From Alphaproteobacteria bacterium (GTDB lineage Bacteria; Pseudomonadota; Alphaproteobacteria; RF32; CAG-239), in assembly GCA_045630985.1 (NCBI GenBank), contig JAZQTW010000066.1, forward strand, positions 1 to 55,571: a stretch of DNA of 55,571 nt. The letters are read 5' to 3'. The notes beneath the pieces were generated by a model. That model worked only from the letters and a program-made list of their open reading frames with translations. It was not told the DNA's origin and did not search any database. Position 1 is the stretch's first letter, and each line of letters opens with the position of its first letter. Made by a program: the position numbers and the translations under genes. Positions 9,891-18,737 of the stretch are shown piece after piece.

Positions 9891-10243
9891 AGGGAAAAAT
9901 TTTGCAAACTAATCTTTGAATGGAGGCCTTACTCTAAATGCTCACGTACCTTTTTGTACGCTCCGCTTTAGAGAAGGACATTCAAAGTTATTTCACAAAA
10001 TTTTCCTCCTTTAATCCTGTAACGATGAACGTGAGGATGTAAAATGAAAATTCACGTACCACTTTGTACGCTAAAATTTTCATTTCCCTCAAGCCCATCT
10101 CTATCTATCTAAAATTTTCCTCCTTTAATGTGGGGCGAGAGTTAGCAAATGGAAGCCACTCTTCGTCGCGTCGTGTACTTCTATGTACACTCGTGCTCCT
10201 CGGTGGACATTCGCTACTCACTACCAAAATTTCTTCTATTTAA
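9887..10243. repeat. Tandem array of three ~115-bp long-hairpin elements (copies B, C, D; RPE-like)
   Basis: Each has apical TCRYGTAC-N6-GTACRCT and ends AAAATTT..TTTAA (10014, 10128, 10243); B and D carry ATG-GA(A/G)G-CC...GG-A-CAT. Confidence 0.85.
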
Positions 10244-10281
10244 TTTTAAGGGAAAAATTTTAGGTTTGATTGTTTAATTAT

Positions 10282-10310
10282 AAATGTCGGCTGGATGGTC
10301 GGCATTTTTT
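10282..10310 (+). terminator. Intrinsic terminator downstream of mrcA and the hairpin array
   Basis: aaatgtcggct-ggat-ggtcggcatttttt (G-U rich stem). Confidence 0.65.
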
Positions 10311-10340
10311 GTGGTATTTGGCAAGTTTTGTCGATAAAGT

Positions 10341-10371
10341 GCTTTACAAATAATTTTTTATAGTTTAGTTT
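10341..10371 (+). promoter_or_regulatory. Sigma70-type promoter of the LRR-like gene pair
   Basis: gcTTTACA-N17-TAGTTT; same GCTTTACA at 18687 and 45729. Confidence 0.55.
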
Positions 10372-10406
10372 ATAGGCAAATAATAATAAAAATGGTTTTT
10401 TAGAGC

Positions 10407-11885
10407 ATGTTCGTTTATATTGAAAACTATACTAAATCAGCAATTGAGCTTGATTATGAGTTAAAGCAGATGAGAAGGGAACATGGAACGATTCCGCCTA
10501 TAGATGCTCTAAATTATTTGAAACAGACTAATCATATTGCAAACATTAAATTTATTCTTAAAGAGCTTAATAAGCTAGATAAAGATGATAGATGGTATTA
10601 CAAAGCTTTTGTTTTATCTGCTGTTAATAGAAGGGCGCATACTAAAAGAGTGTATGAAAATTTGAGAAATCTAGCGCTTGAGGGTGGGTACTTGGAAGAA
10701 TTTGAAAAAGCTGATAGCTATAAAAAGGTGTATCAACCTTATGATTGTAAGTTTGTTTTTGTTTATAATAGTACTGTAGATTTGGAAAAGTGCATTGAAG
10801 ATAATAAGAGGTGTGTTGCTAAGTTTGATTCATATAGGAGTTTTGTTGATTTTTGTTCATTAGATTTGAAGAGTGTTTCACGTCTTTATTTGGGGAGTAT
10901 TCAGAAAGTTAATTTTAGGGGAGCTAAAAATATTCCACCTTATACAGATTTATCTAATTGTTTTCATGTTGAATTTGGTGGTTGTGATTTAAGTCAATTT
11001 GAGGGGGTTAATTTTGTTTATGGTGCTACGGTTAAATTTAATGGAGATTATAATTTTCCGGATAATTTTGATGTTTCTCGCTGTAAAAAAATTAATTTTG
11101 AGAATTGTGATATTAGTAATTTAAATGATGTTAGAGTTTTGGAGAAAGGTATATTTTATAAAACGGTTCTGCCTAAGGCTGTTTATGTATATCCTAAAGC
11201 AAGTGTGGTGTTTGATGAGTGTGATTTTAGTACTGTGAATGAGTTAGGATATACTTCGGGTATTATTGATGCTAATACTATAAAGTTTATAAGCTGTCGT
11301 AATTTACCTAAAGTTTTAGATTTGAGCAAATGTGAACACTTTAGTTTTAAAGATACAGATTTAGCTGGAGTTGAGAAGATTAAATTTAAACCTGGTCGTA
11401 GGATTGACTTAAGTGGGGCATATAATTTTCCTGAAGTGATGAGTTTTCCTCCTTTAGATTATTTGCAAGATGTTTGCTTGAGTAGTTGTGATTTGAAAGG
11501 AGTTAAAGAATTACACTTTAGTGAAAAAACTTCTGTTGAGATAAGAAATTCAAAGAATTTGCCTGAAAACTTAGATCTCACTAATTGTTATAGAGTTGAT
11601 TTGACTGGTTCTGATATGACAGGTGTTCAGAATATTGTGTTCGGAAAAGATTCTACTGTTTTATTGAGAGAAGCTATAAATGTACCTACTTGTTTAGATT
11701 TTTCTATGTGTGATGAGGTTTATGTTGATGAAGTATCTCTTCTTAATGTTAAGAGTATTAAATTTGCTAGTAGAGAACAAAGAGATAAAGTTTTGAAGGA
11801 GATTAAGTTTAATAGGCGAGTGGTTTTTAATAATAAGATATCTAATATTTTTAATGGTTTAGGTTTTGGTGTAAAGGGGGATTAG
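10407..11885 (+). CDS. LRR-like solenoid protein with conserved N-terminal domain, paralog 1
   Basis: N-domain TNHIANIKFILKE...VYENLRNLALEGGYLEEF; ~42-aa repeats LPxxLDLSxCxxxxFxxxDLxGVxxIKF. Confidence 0.85.
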   Translation: MFVYIENYTKSAIELDYELKQMRREHGTIPPIDALNYLKQTNHIANIKFILKELNKLDKDDRWYYKAFVLSAVNRRAHTKRVYENLRNLALEGGYLEEFEKADSYKKVYQPYDCKFVFVYNSTVDLEKCIEDNKRCVAKFDSYRSFVDFCSLDLKSVSRLYLGSIQKVNFRGAKNIPPYTDLSNCFHVEFGGCDLSQFEGVNFVYGATVKFNGDYNFPDNFDVSRCKKINFENCDISNLNDVRVLEKGIFYKTVLPKAVYVYPKASVVFDECDFSTVNELGYTSGIIDANTIKFISCRNLPKVLDLSKCEHFSFKDTDLAGVEKIKFKPGRRIDLSGAYNFPEVMSFPPLDYLQDVCLSSCDLKGVKELHFSEKTSVEIRNSKNLPENLDLTNCYRVDLTGSDMTGVQNIVFGKDSTVLLREAINVPTCLDFSMCDEVYVDEVSLLNVKSIKFASREQRDKVLKEIKFNRRVVFNNKISNIFNGLGFGVKGD

Positions 11886-13202
11886 ATGATATATTATAAA
11901 ACAAAAGAAAATCCCATTGTTGTAGATTACTTTATTAAACATGCAAGATATAATAATGGAGATACTATATCGCCAGAGATTGCTCTTAAAGTACTAGAGA
12001 AAACTAATCATTATGTTAATATAAAGTTTATTTTAAAGGAGATTAATAAATTAGATAAAGAAAAAAGGCTTGAATTTAGAAGTTTTGTGCTTGAAGCTAT
12101 TACTGCAAGAAAACACAGAAATAGTGTGTATGAGGGATTAAGAAAATTAGCTGAAGAAGGCGATTATTTGGATAAATTTCATTTTTTTGATAGTGTAGTT
12201 GCTAAAGATTATGATGATGAGGGTAATCATGTATTTTTTGCTAAACAAAATAGAAAACCTAAGGGTGATTTGAGTGACTATGATTGTTTAGTTTGTGATG
12301 AGAATATTAGAAAGTTAGGAAGTGATGATATATCTTCAACGGATAAATTATATTTACCTAAGGTATGTGATTTTTCTTTAGTTGATGATTTGGATTTGAC
12401 TGATAAAATCAAAGAAAAAGATGGTAGATATAAAGAGTTAAAGTTTAAGAGTGGGGGAAAGATTTCTCTTAAGCTTTTTAAAGCATCTCCTGAAAAAATG
12501 GAATTTGATAAGGCCGAAGTTTCTTTTGTTAACACAGATCTTAGGATTGTTAATGAGTTGGTATTAAATGAATGTAAAAAAGTTTATTTTCATTGTTGTG
12601 ATCTTAATGATAATTTAGATATTACAAGTTGTAAAGAAGTAGAATTTTCTTACTGTTATGATTTGGATAAGATTAAAAATTTAGATTTTTCTCGTTGTAA
12701 AATTGCAAAGTTTAGGGAATGCGGTAAACTTCCGGATGGTTGTGATTTTTCTAATTGTGATAGTGTGCGCTTTAGTAGTATTAATTTGAGTAATTGGGAT
12801 ACATTTAAGTTTAAAGATGGTTGTTTTGTTCATTTTATAGATTGTGATAATATACCTTATGATTTTAATTTAACTCCTTTTGCTAGTGTATATTTTGATA
12901 CGTTAAAGGATTATACATTGTATGATACTATGATTAAATTTAGAGAGGGAGTATCTTTAAGATGTGAGCGTACGACTATGCCTGAAAAGGTTGATTTTTC
13001 TAAGTGTGGAGAAATTAAACTTTGCAATATGTGGCATGATTCTTTTGCGTATACTAAAGAATTTAAGTTTAAGAATAAAGCACAATATGAACAAGTTTAT
13101 AATGTAATTGATAAAGTAAAAGGATTTATTGGAGCTAGTGTTATTTTTGCAGATGAAGAAAAAGCGACTTATCCTTATTTGAATGCACAAAAAACTTTAT
13201 AA
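11886..13202 (+). CDS. LRR-like solenoid protein, paralog 2
   Basis: TNHYVNIKFILKEI...VYEGLRKLAEEGDYL; DFSxC repeats; FKFKNKAQ end motif. Confidence 0.85.
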   Translation: MIYYKTKENPIVVDYFIKHARYNNGDTISPEIALKVLEKTNHYVNIKFILKEINKLDKEKRLEFRSFVLEAITARKHRNSVYEGLRKLAEEGDYLDKFHFFDSVVAKDYDDEGNHVFFAKQNRKPKGDLSDYDCLVCDENIRKLGSDDISSTDKLYLPKVCDFSLVDDLDLTDKIKEKDGRYKELKFKSGGKISLKLFKASPEKMEFDKAEVSFVNTDLRIVNELVLNECKKVYFHCCDLNDNLDITSCKEVEFSYCYDLDKIKNLDFSRCKIAKFRECGKLPDGCDFSNCDSVRFSSINLSNWDTFKFKDGCFVHFIDCDNIPYDFNLTPFASVYFDTLKDYTLYDTMIKFREGVSLRCERTTMPEKVDFSKCGEIKLCNMWHDSFAYTKEFKFKNKAQYEQVYNVIDKVKGFIGASVIFADEEKATYPYLNAQKTL

Positions 13203-13210
13203 TATCTTTT

Positions 13211-14306
13211 TTATGCCTTATGAGATAGGTATGATGATAAGAAGTCATCTATATCGCCATCTAGTACACCTCTATCATCTGAAGTTTCATAGCCTGTGCG
13301 AAGGTCTTTTATCATTTTATATGGTTGTAAAACATAAGAGCGGATTTGATATCCCCAACCATTATCACCTTGTTCTTCCCATTTTTGTTCGGCAATAGCA
13401 TCTTTTTTACGTTGTTCGATTTCGTATAATTTTGCGTATAACATTTTCATCGCCTGTTCACGGTTAGCAAATTGTGAACGTTCTGTTTGGCAAGCTACAA
13501 CAACACCTGTTGGAATGTGTGTTAATCGAACAGCTGATTCTGTTTTGTTTACGTGTTGACCACCGGCTCCTGATGAACGAAATGTATCCATTTTTATATC
13601 TGCTGGGTTGATATCGATGTTGATTGTATCGTCAATGTTGGGATACACGGTTATTGAAGCAAAGCTTGTGTGTCTTCTTGCGTTACTATCAAAAGGAGAG
13701 ATGCGAACTAGGCGGTGAACACCTGTTTCTCCTCTTAACCAACCATAGGCGTTTAAGCCAGAGATTTTTATGGTAGCAGATTTTAAGCCAGCAACGTCTC
13801 CTTCGGTTTCTTCGACATAGCTTACTTTATATTGATGTTTTTCTGCCCAGCGTGAGTACATGCGTAATAGCATTTCTGCCCAGTCTTGTGCTTCTGTTCC
13901 ACCTGAGCCTGCGTGAACTTCTAGGTATGCGTCATTTTTATCGTATTGGCCGGAAAGAAGTGATAGTAGTTCTTGCTTTTTGGCATCTTCTTTTAGGGTT
14001 GTTAGATGAGCATATAAGTCTTTTAGCATATTTTCATCTTCTTCAAGTTCGGCAAGTTCTACCATTTCTTCTGAATTTTGAAGAGATGATATGAGTTCTT
14101 CATAGAAATTTAGCTCATAATCTAGATTGTTTTTTTCTGCGGTTAATTTAAGAGCAGTTTCTTGATTATCCCATAGATTTGGGTCTGCAGTAAGAGATGC
14201 TAGTTCTTCTTGGCGAATTTTGGCATTATCGTAGTCAAAGAAACCTCCTTAAGATTTCTGCACTTTCTTTGATTTCATTGATTAATGTATAAAATTCTGC
14301 ACGCAT
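13211..14306 (-). CDS. prfB: Peptide chain release factor 2 with programmed +1 frameshift (364 aa)
   Basis: ORF0 MRAEFYTLINEIKESAEILRRFL, then CTT TGA C; the +1 frame from 14236 is in frame with the 13211-14065 ORF; SPF and GGQ motifs. Confidence 0.97.
14234..14249 (-). promoter_or_regulatory. prfB frameshift cassette
   Basis: AGGAGG-TTT-CTT-TGA-C on minus strand. Confidence 0.95.
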
Positions 14307-14422
14307 AACTTTTTTCCTTTTTCAAATTTTTTATATTGATAATAAAAAAATATTTTCTTGTAAAGCCTTTTTTAATCCTATAATGATATTTATCTTATAT
14401 GTTTTTAACTTAGAGGGTGGAT

Positions 14423-15187
14423 ATGCCAAAGTTTCCTAAAATAAAGAAAATAAGATTGTCAAAGAACTTTAGAGAACGTAAAGGGCAGGTTAAGTTTATT
14501 GTGTTTCATTGCTCTAGTGTTAATGATGAAGATGAATTGTTTGATACTCTTGAGGGATTGGGACTAAGCACGCATTATATTATTAATCAACAAGGAGAGA
14601 TTATGCTTTGTGTTGAGCCGAGTAGGGTGGCTTATCATGCGGGCAAGAGTAAATGGCGTGATAGTATAGGTGAATCTCTTAATGAAGAGTCTATCGGAAT
14701 TGAGTGTATTGTGCCTAATTTAGGGCAAAATAAAGAAGATTATAGCTATAAGATGTTTTTGGCGATTAATTCTTTATTGGATATGCTTAGAGTACAATAT
14801 AAGATTAGAAAAGAAAATATTGTAGGGCATTCTGATATAGCTCCAGATAGAAAAGCAGACCCGGGTATTGGTTTTCCGTGGTATAGAATGTATAGAAGCG
14901 ATAATGTGCTATGGTATAGGACAAAGCAGATTATGAAAGATAAGTCAGAAAAGGAAATGCTTGAGATTATTGGTTATGATACTTCTGATATGATGCTTGC
15001 TCGTTGTGCTTTTTGTAGACATTTTATGCCTGAAGAATTTGAAGTTGTAGCGGATATTCAGTGTTTATTGGATAATCCGTATCCTAAAGATTTTGCGCCT
15101 AAAGATTTTGATGAGTATATGCATGTTTTGAGTGCAGTTTGTTGTGCTTATGATAAAGAAGGGCGAAAAAAATATTGGTTTATGTGA
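14423..15187 (+). CDS. N-acetylmuramoyl-L-alanine amidase (Amidase_2, AmiD/AmpD-like)
   Basis: FIVFHCS, STHYII, AYHAGKS, SIGIE, IVGHSDIAPDRKADPG. Confidence 0.92.
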   Translation: MPKFPKIKKIRLSKNFRERKGQVKFIVFHCSSVNDEDELFDTLEGLGLSTHYIINQQGEIMLCVEPSRVAYHAGKSKWRDSIGESLNEESIGIECIVPNLGQNKEDYSYKMFLAINSLLDMLRVQYKIRKENIVGHSDIAPDRKADPGIGFPWYRMYRSDNVLWYRTKQIMKDKSEKEMLEIIGYDTSDMMLARCAFCRHFMPEEFEVVADIQCLLDNPYPKDFAPKDFDEYMHVLSAVCCAYDKEGRKKYWFM

Positions 15188-15300
15188 AAATTTATTGACA
15201 AAAAGTTTATTTTAGGCTATTTTACTTTTCAAGTTAATTGATTATTTTAGTAGTAACTATTTAGATATAATAACTTAATAAAGTCCACTGAGTAAAGTAG

Positions 15301-16473
15301 GTGGCACATGTATCAATGACAAGTAAAGAAAATGAACAATGTGAATTTGTAAGTAAGACTTCAAATCACAAGCTGTACAGGTATATCCAAAATGGATATC
15401 TTCAACCAGATGCAGAAGTTGCAATGCTTAAGAGAGGAAATGATAATATTTCTCTTTTCTATGTTAATCTGTATGGGTTGAGTGAGCCAGCTCTTGACTA
15501 TGTGTTTACAACTGGTAATAAAAAACTTATTTTTACAGTGATTGAAAAGTTCAAATGTAGCTTTAATCTTGTGAAAAAGCTTATCTCTTCTAGCAAGTAT
15601 GAGATAGTTAAAGAGTTTTTTAACACTCACAATGTTGTCGACTATCCGGAAGTTTTTGAGTTTAATCAAAACTTTGGCGATGTTGATGCTGTTATTGCCA
15701 AAATAAGGAACGATGAACTTTCTTCTGTGGCGGTTATGATGGCAATTATGTCAAAGCAAGAGCGTGTGATTGGTTATCTTTGCGGAAATGCAGCCTTATG
15801 TCCTTTTGGGCAAACTGGCTATGTTCGTGATGGAAAAGCATATTTATCACGAGCTCAAATTGAGGCATTGGCAAGGTTGGCTAAGAAAGAAGACATGGAG
15901 AAATTGATGAGGACTTATAATTCATCTACATATAAATTTTTGCGTGAGATTTATATGTTTCGCTTCGGTGAAGGTGATGATGTGAAAACTTATCTATCTA
16001 ATCACTTTTCTTTTACCAAAGAGGGAAAGTCAGCTTTCTTTGATTGTGCATCTGTAGAGCTTATTGCATTTTATTGTCAGCGGCATAACGTTGAAGACTG
16101 GGATGCTGAAGTGCTTAAAAATTCTGAAGTTAATGATTGTCTTTTCCTTTTGGATAACAATTGGATTAGTGCAAAAGCAGAGCAGGTGTTGATTGATAGA
16201 AATAATGATGATGAAATTTCTTGTTATATCGAAAAACACTATTTGGCGAGTGAAGAAGTTATGTTTATTCAAAAGTGTAGTCATTCTTTGGTGATGAAGT
16301 ATATTGAAAAGCATAGCTTGAGCGATAGAGCTCAGATGGCATTGTTGAAACGCGGAAATATTATCGAGATTTTTGCTTACGTGTTTAGGCATAATCTTTG
16401 TAATGAAGCGGAGTGCGTTATTTCTAATGTTGAAAATGAGCTTTTGTATGAAGCTTGGCTTAGCAGATGGTAA
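15301..16473 (+). CDS. Hypothetical protein with ~25-aa helical repeats
   Basis: AEVAMLKRGN, AEQVLIDRNN, AQMALLKRGN repeats; upstream TTGACA-N17-TATTTT; start may be ATG 15316. Confidence 0.75.
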   Translation: MAHVSMTSKENEQCEFVSKTSNHKLYRYIQNGYLQPDAEVAMLKRGNDNISLFYVNLYGLSEPALDYVFTTGNKKLIFTVIEKFKCSFNLVKKLISSSKYEIVKEFFNTHNVVDYPEVFEFNQNFGDVDAVIAKIRNDELSSVAVMMAIMSKQERVIGYLCGNAALCPFGQTGYVRDGKAYLSRAQIEALARLAKKEDMEKLMRTYNSSTYKFLREIYMFRFGEGDDVKTYLSNHFSFTKEGKSAFFDCASVELIAFYCQRHNVEDWDAEVLKNSEVNDCLFLLDNNWISAKAEQVLIDRNNDDEISCYIEKHYLASEEVMFIQKCSHSLVMKYIEKHSLSDRAQMALLKRGNIIEIFAYVFRHNLCNEAECVISNVENELLYEAWLSRW

Positions 16474-16482
16474 ACATTGATT

Positions 16483-16520
16483 AAAAAAAACAGGTATTCG
16501 AGAGAATGCCTGTTTTTTTT
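16483..16520. terminator. Intrinsic terminator
   Basis: aaaaaaaacaggtattc-gaga-gaatgcctgtttttttt. Confidence 0.85.
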
Positions 16521-16579
16521 ACTTTTTAGTAACCTTAATATGTTAATCGTTTTTCTATATTTTTTAGAAGGAATGAATT

Positions 16580-17419
16580 ATGAAACAAAAATTTACTCTA
16601 CATACACATAATAATGAATTAAGATTTGATGGTATTTCTACTGCAAAAGAAATGCTTGATAAAGCGCAAAGTTTGGGGTTTGAAACAATTGGTGTAACTA
16701 ACCATTTGGTTGTAAATAAAGGTTTGTCAAAATGGGCAGAAGTTGAGCCTATGTATTTTGATAATTTTGATGAGATGTGTGATGTTTGTAAGCGTCATAT
16801 CGAGATTGTTAATGAATTAAAATCTAATTATAAGATGAATGTTTTGGTGGGATTTGAGGCAGATTTCTTTTGTGATAAAGAATGGAGAATTAATTTTGAG
16901 AAGATGATTGGCAAACTTGATGTTGATTATTTGATTGGTACGACGCATTTTCTTAAAAATAAAGATGAGAGCTTTTTGTGTAATATTTATCATTATAAGC
17001 ATTTAGATAATGTAAGCGAAGAAGACTTGGATAATTATGTTAGAAACCACTTTGAGAATATTATAGAATCTATTAAGTGTGGGTATTATAGTTTTATTGC
17101 GCATTTGGACTATTGTTCTATTTTTAATTTGGGTATTGATAAGAAGTACGATGAATATAAGTATAGAATGCTTGAAGCACTAAAAGAGTATAAGAAACCT
17201 TATGAGATTAATACTAGTGGTTATGATAGACTTGGTAGACCACATCCTGATATTTGGATGATTGAGGAGGCAAAGAGGTTGGATATTCCAGTGGTGTTGA
17301 GTGATGATGCGCATAGTGTTGATCAATTAGGTAGACATTTTGATAAGGCTGAAGCTTTATTAGATAAAATTGGTTATACTAATCGTTTTAGTTTGGATAT
17401 GTTGAAGAAGCCTTTGTAA
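16580..17419 (+). CDS. PHP-domain protein, histidinol-phosphatase HisJ-like
   Basis: LHTHN, GVTNH, GFEAD, AHLD, EINTSG, SDDAH. Confidence 0.85.
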   Translation: MKQKFTLHTHNNELRFDGISTAKEMLDKAQSLGFETIGVTNHLVVNKGLSKWAEVEPMYFDNFDEMCDVCKRHIEIVNELKSNYKMNVLVGFEADFFCDKEWRINFEKMIGKLDVDYLIGTTHFLKNKDESFLCNIYHYKHLDNVSEEDLDNYVRNHFENIIESIKCGYYSFIAHLDYCSIFNLGIDKKYDEYKYRMLEALKEYKKPYEINTSGYDRLGRPHPDIWMIEEAKRLDIPVVLSDDAHSVDQLGRHFDKAEALLDKIGYTNRFSLDMLKKPL

Positions 17420-17469
17420 TAATAAAAATATATTTTTTTGATTAATTTGTTCAAATTGTGGTTAAAAAG

Positions 17470-17498
17470 CTTGCATTAGGAAATAAAAAATCCTAAAT
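17470..17498 (+). promoter_or_regulatory. Putative RpoH (sigma32) promoter of dnaJ
   Basis: CTTG-N18-CCTAAAT resembles alphaproteobacterial CTTG-N17/18-CYTATNT; similar TTG-N18-ACTATAT before lon (20636-20663). Confidence 0.55.
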
Positions 17499-17540
17499 AA
17501 CCATAAGATTTGATATAATAATATTTAGTAATGGAAAATT

Positions 17541-18662
17541 ATGAGTACTCAAGACTACTATGAAACACTAGGTGTAGGAAGAACTGCATCTGCTGATGAA
17601 CTTAAAAAAGCTTATAGAAAATTAGCGATGCAATATCATCCTGATAGAAATCCTGATAATAAAGAAGCTGAAGCTAAATTTAAGGAAATTAATGAAGCTT
17701 ATGAAGTTTTGAAAGATGAGCAAAAAAGAGCTGCTTATGATAGATATGGTCATCAGGCGTTTACTAGTGGTATGGGTGGAGCTGGTGCTGGCGGTAATCC
17801 ATTTAATGGATTTGATTTTACAGGTTCAGGTTTTGCTGATGTGTTCTCTGATATATTTAGTGAATTTACTGGTCAAGGTAGAGGGCGTCAGAGAAATTAT
17901 GCGCAAAAGGGAGATGATGTTAGATATGATGTAACATTGTCTTTGGAAGAAGCTTTTGTAGGAGTGGAAAAGGAAATTAGTATTACAACTTCTAAACATT
18001 GTGAAGAGTGTAATGGATTTGGTACAGCAAATGGTAAAGAGCCTCCGGTTTGTCCTACTTGTGGTGGTAGTGGTAAAGTTCGTACACAACAAGGTGGTTT
18101 CTTTGTTTTTGAGACAACTTGTCCACAATGTCGTGGTACAGGTAAAGTTGTAGTTGATAAGTGTAAGAAGTGCCGTGGTACGGGTAAAGAAAAAGTTGAG
18201 AAATCTCTAAAGATTAAAATTCCTGCAGGTATTGAAAACGGTACACGTATGCGTGTGGCAGGTGAGGGTGAAGTTGGTAAAAACGGCGGACCTAAAGGAG
18301 ATTTATATGTATTTATCTCTGTTGCTGAGCATAATACTTTTGAGCGTGATGGTGGAGATTTGTTTATGGCTTATCCAATATCTATGGCTAAAGCTGCTTT
18401 GGGTGGCAAGTTTACTATCAAAGGTATTGATGGCGAAGATATTGATATTGAAGTAAAAGCTGGTACTCAACCTGGTGATAGAATTAGGTTAAAGAACAAA
18501 GGTATGCGTTATATGAGTTCTGAAAGACGCGGGGACTTGTATGTTCAATTTAATGTGGTGATACCTACAAAGCTTACTGATACGCAGAAAGAGTGCTTGA
18601 AGAAGTTTGAAGAAGAAGCTAGCGAAGAAGAAAAGAGCTTTTGGTCTAAAATTTTCTCTTAA
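17541..18662 (+). CDS. dnaJ: Chaperone DnaJ
   Basis: J domain with HPD, G/F region, four CxxCxGxG. Confidence 0.98.
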   Translation: MSTQDYYETLGVGRTASADELKKAYRKLAMQYHPDRNPDNKEAEAKFKEINEAYEVLKDEQKRAAYDRYGHQAFTSGMGGAGAGGNPFNGFDFTGSGFADVFSDIFSEFTGQGRGRQRNYAQKGDDVRYDVTLSLEEAFVGVEKEISITTSKHCEECNGFGTANGKEPPVCPTCGGSGKVRTQQGGFFVFETTCPQCRGTGKVVVDKCKKCRGTGKEKVEKSLKIKIPAGIENGTRMRVAGEGEVGKNGGPKGDLYVFISVAEHNTFERDGGDLFMAYPISMAKAALGGKFTIKGIDGEDIDIEVKAGTQPGDRIRLKNKGMRYMSSERRGDLYVQFNVVIPTKLTDTQKECLKKFEEEASEEEKSFWSKIFS

Positions 18663-18737
18663 GTTTGATTTTCATGGCACGTTTTTGCTTTACATATGGC
18701 TAATATTGTGGTAGTATTAGCATATGTGAGGTAGAGT

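Noticed and set aside
9887-10243. CRISPR array
   Set aside because: No identical 25-45 bp repeats with unique spacers; units are whole hairpins; no cas genes in the window.
10407-13202. Diversity-generating retroelement driving LRR variation
   Set aside because: No reverse transcriptase and no template/variable repeat pair with adenine-specific differences was seen.
13211-14306. prfB pseudogene
   Set aside because: The in-frame stop is the canonical programmed frameshift site.
17420-17540. CIRCE/HrcA operator before dnaJ
   Set aside because: No TTAGCACTC-N9-GAGTGCTAA found.
18675-18690. Sigma54 promoter tggcacgtttttgc
   Set aside because: GG-to-GC spacing is 9 nt rather than the required 10; a sigma70-like promoter overlaps it.
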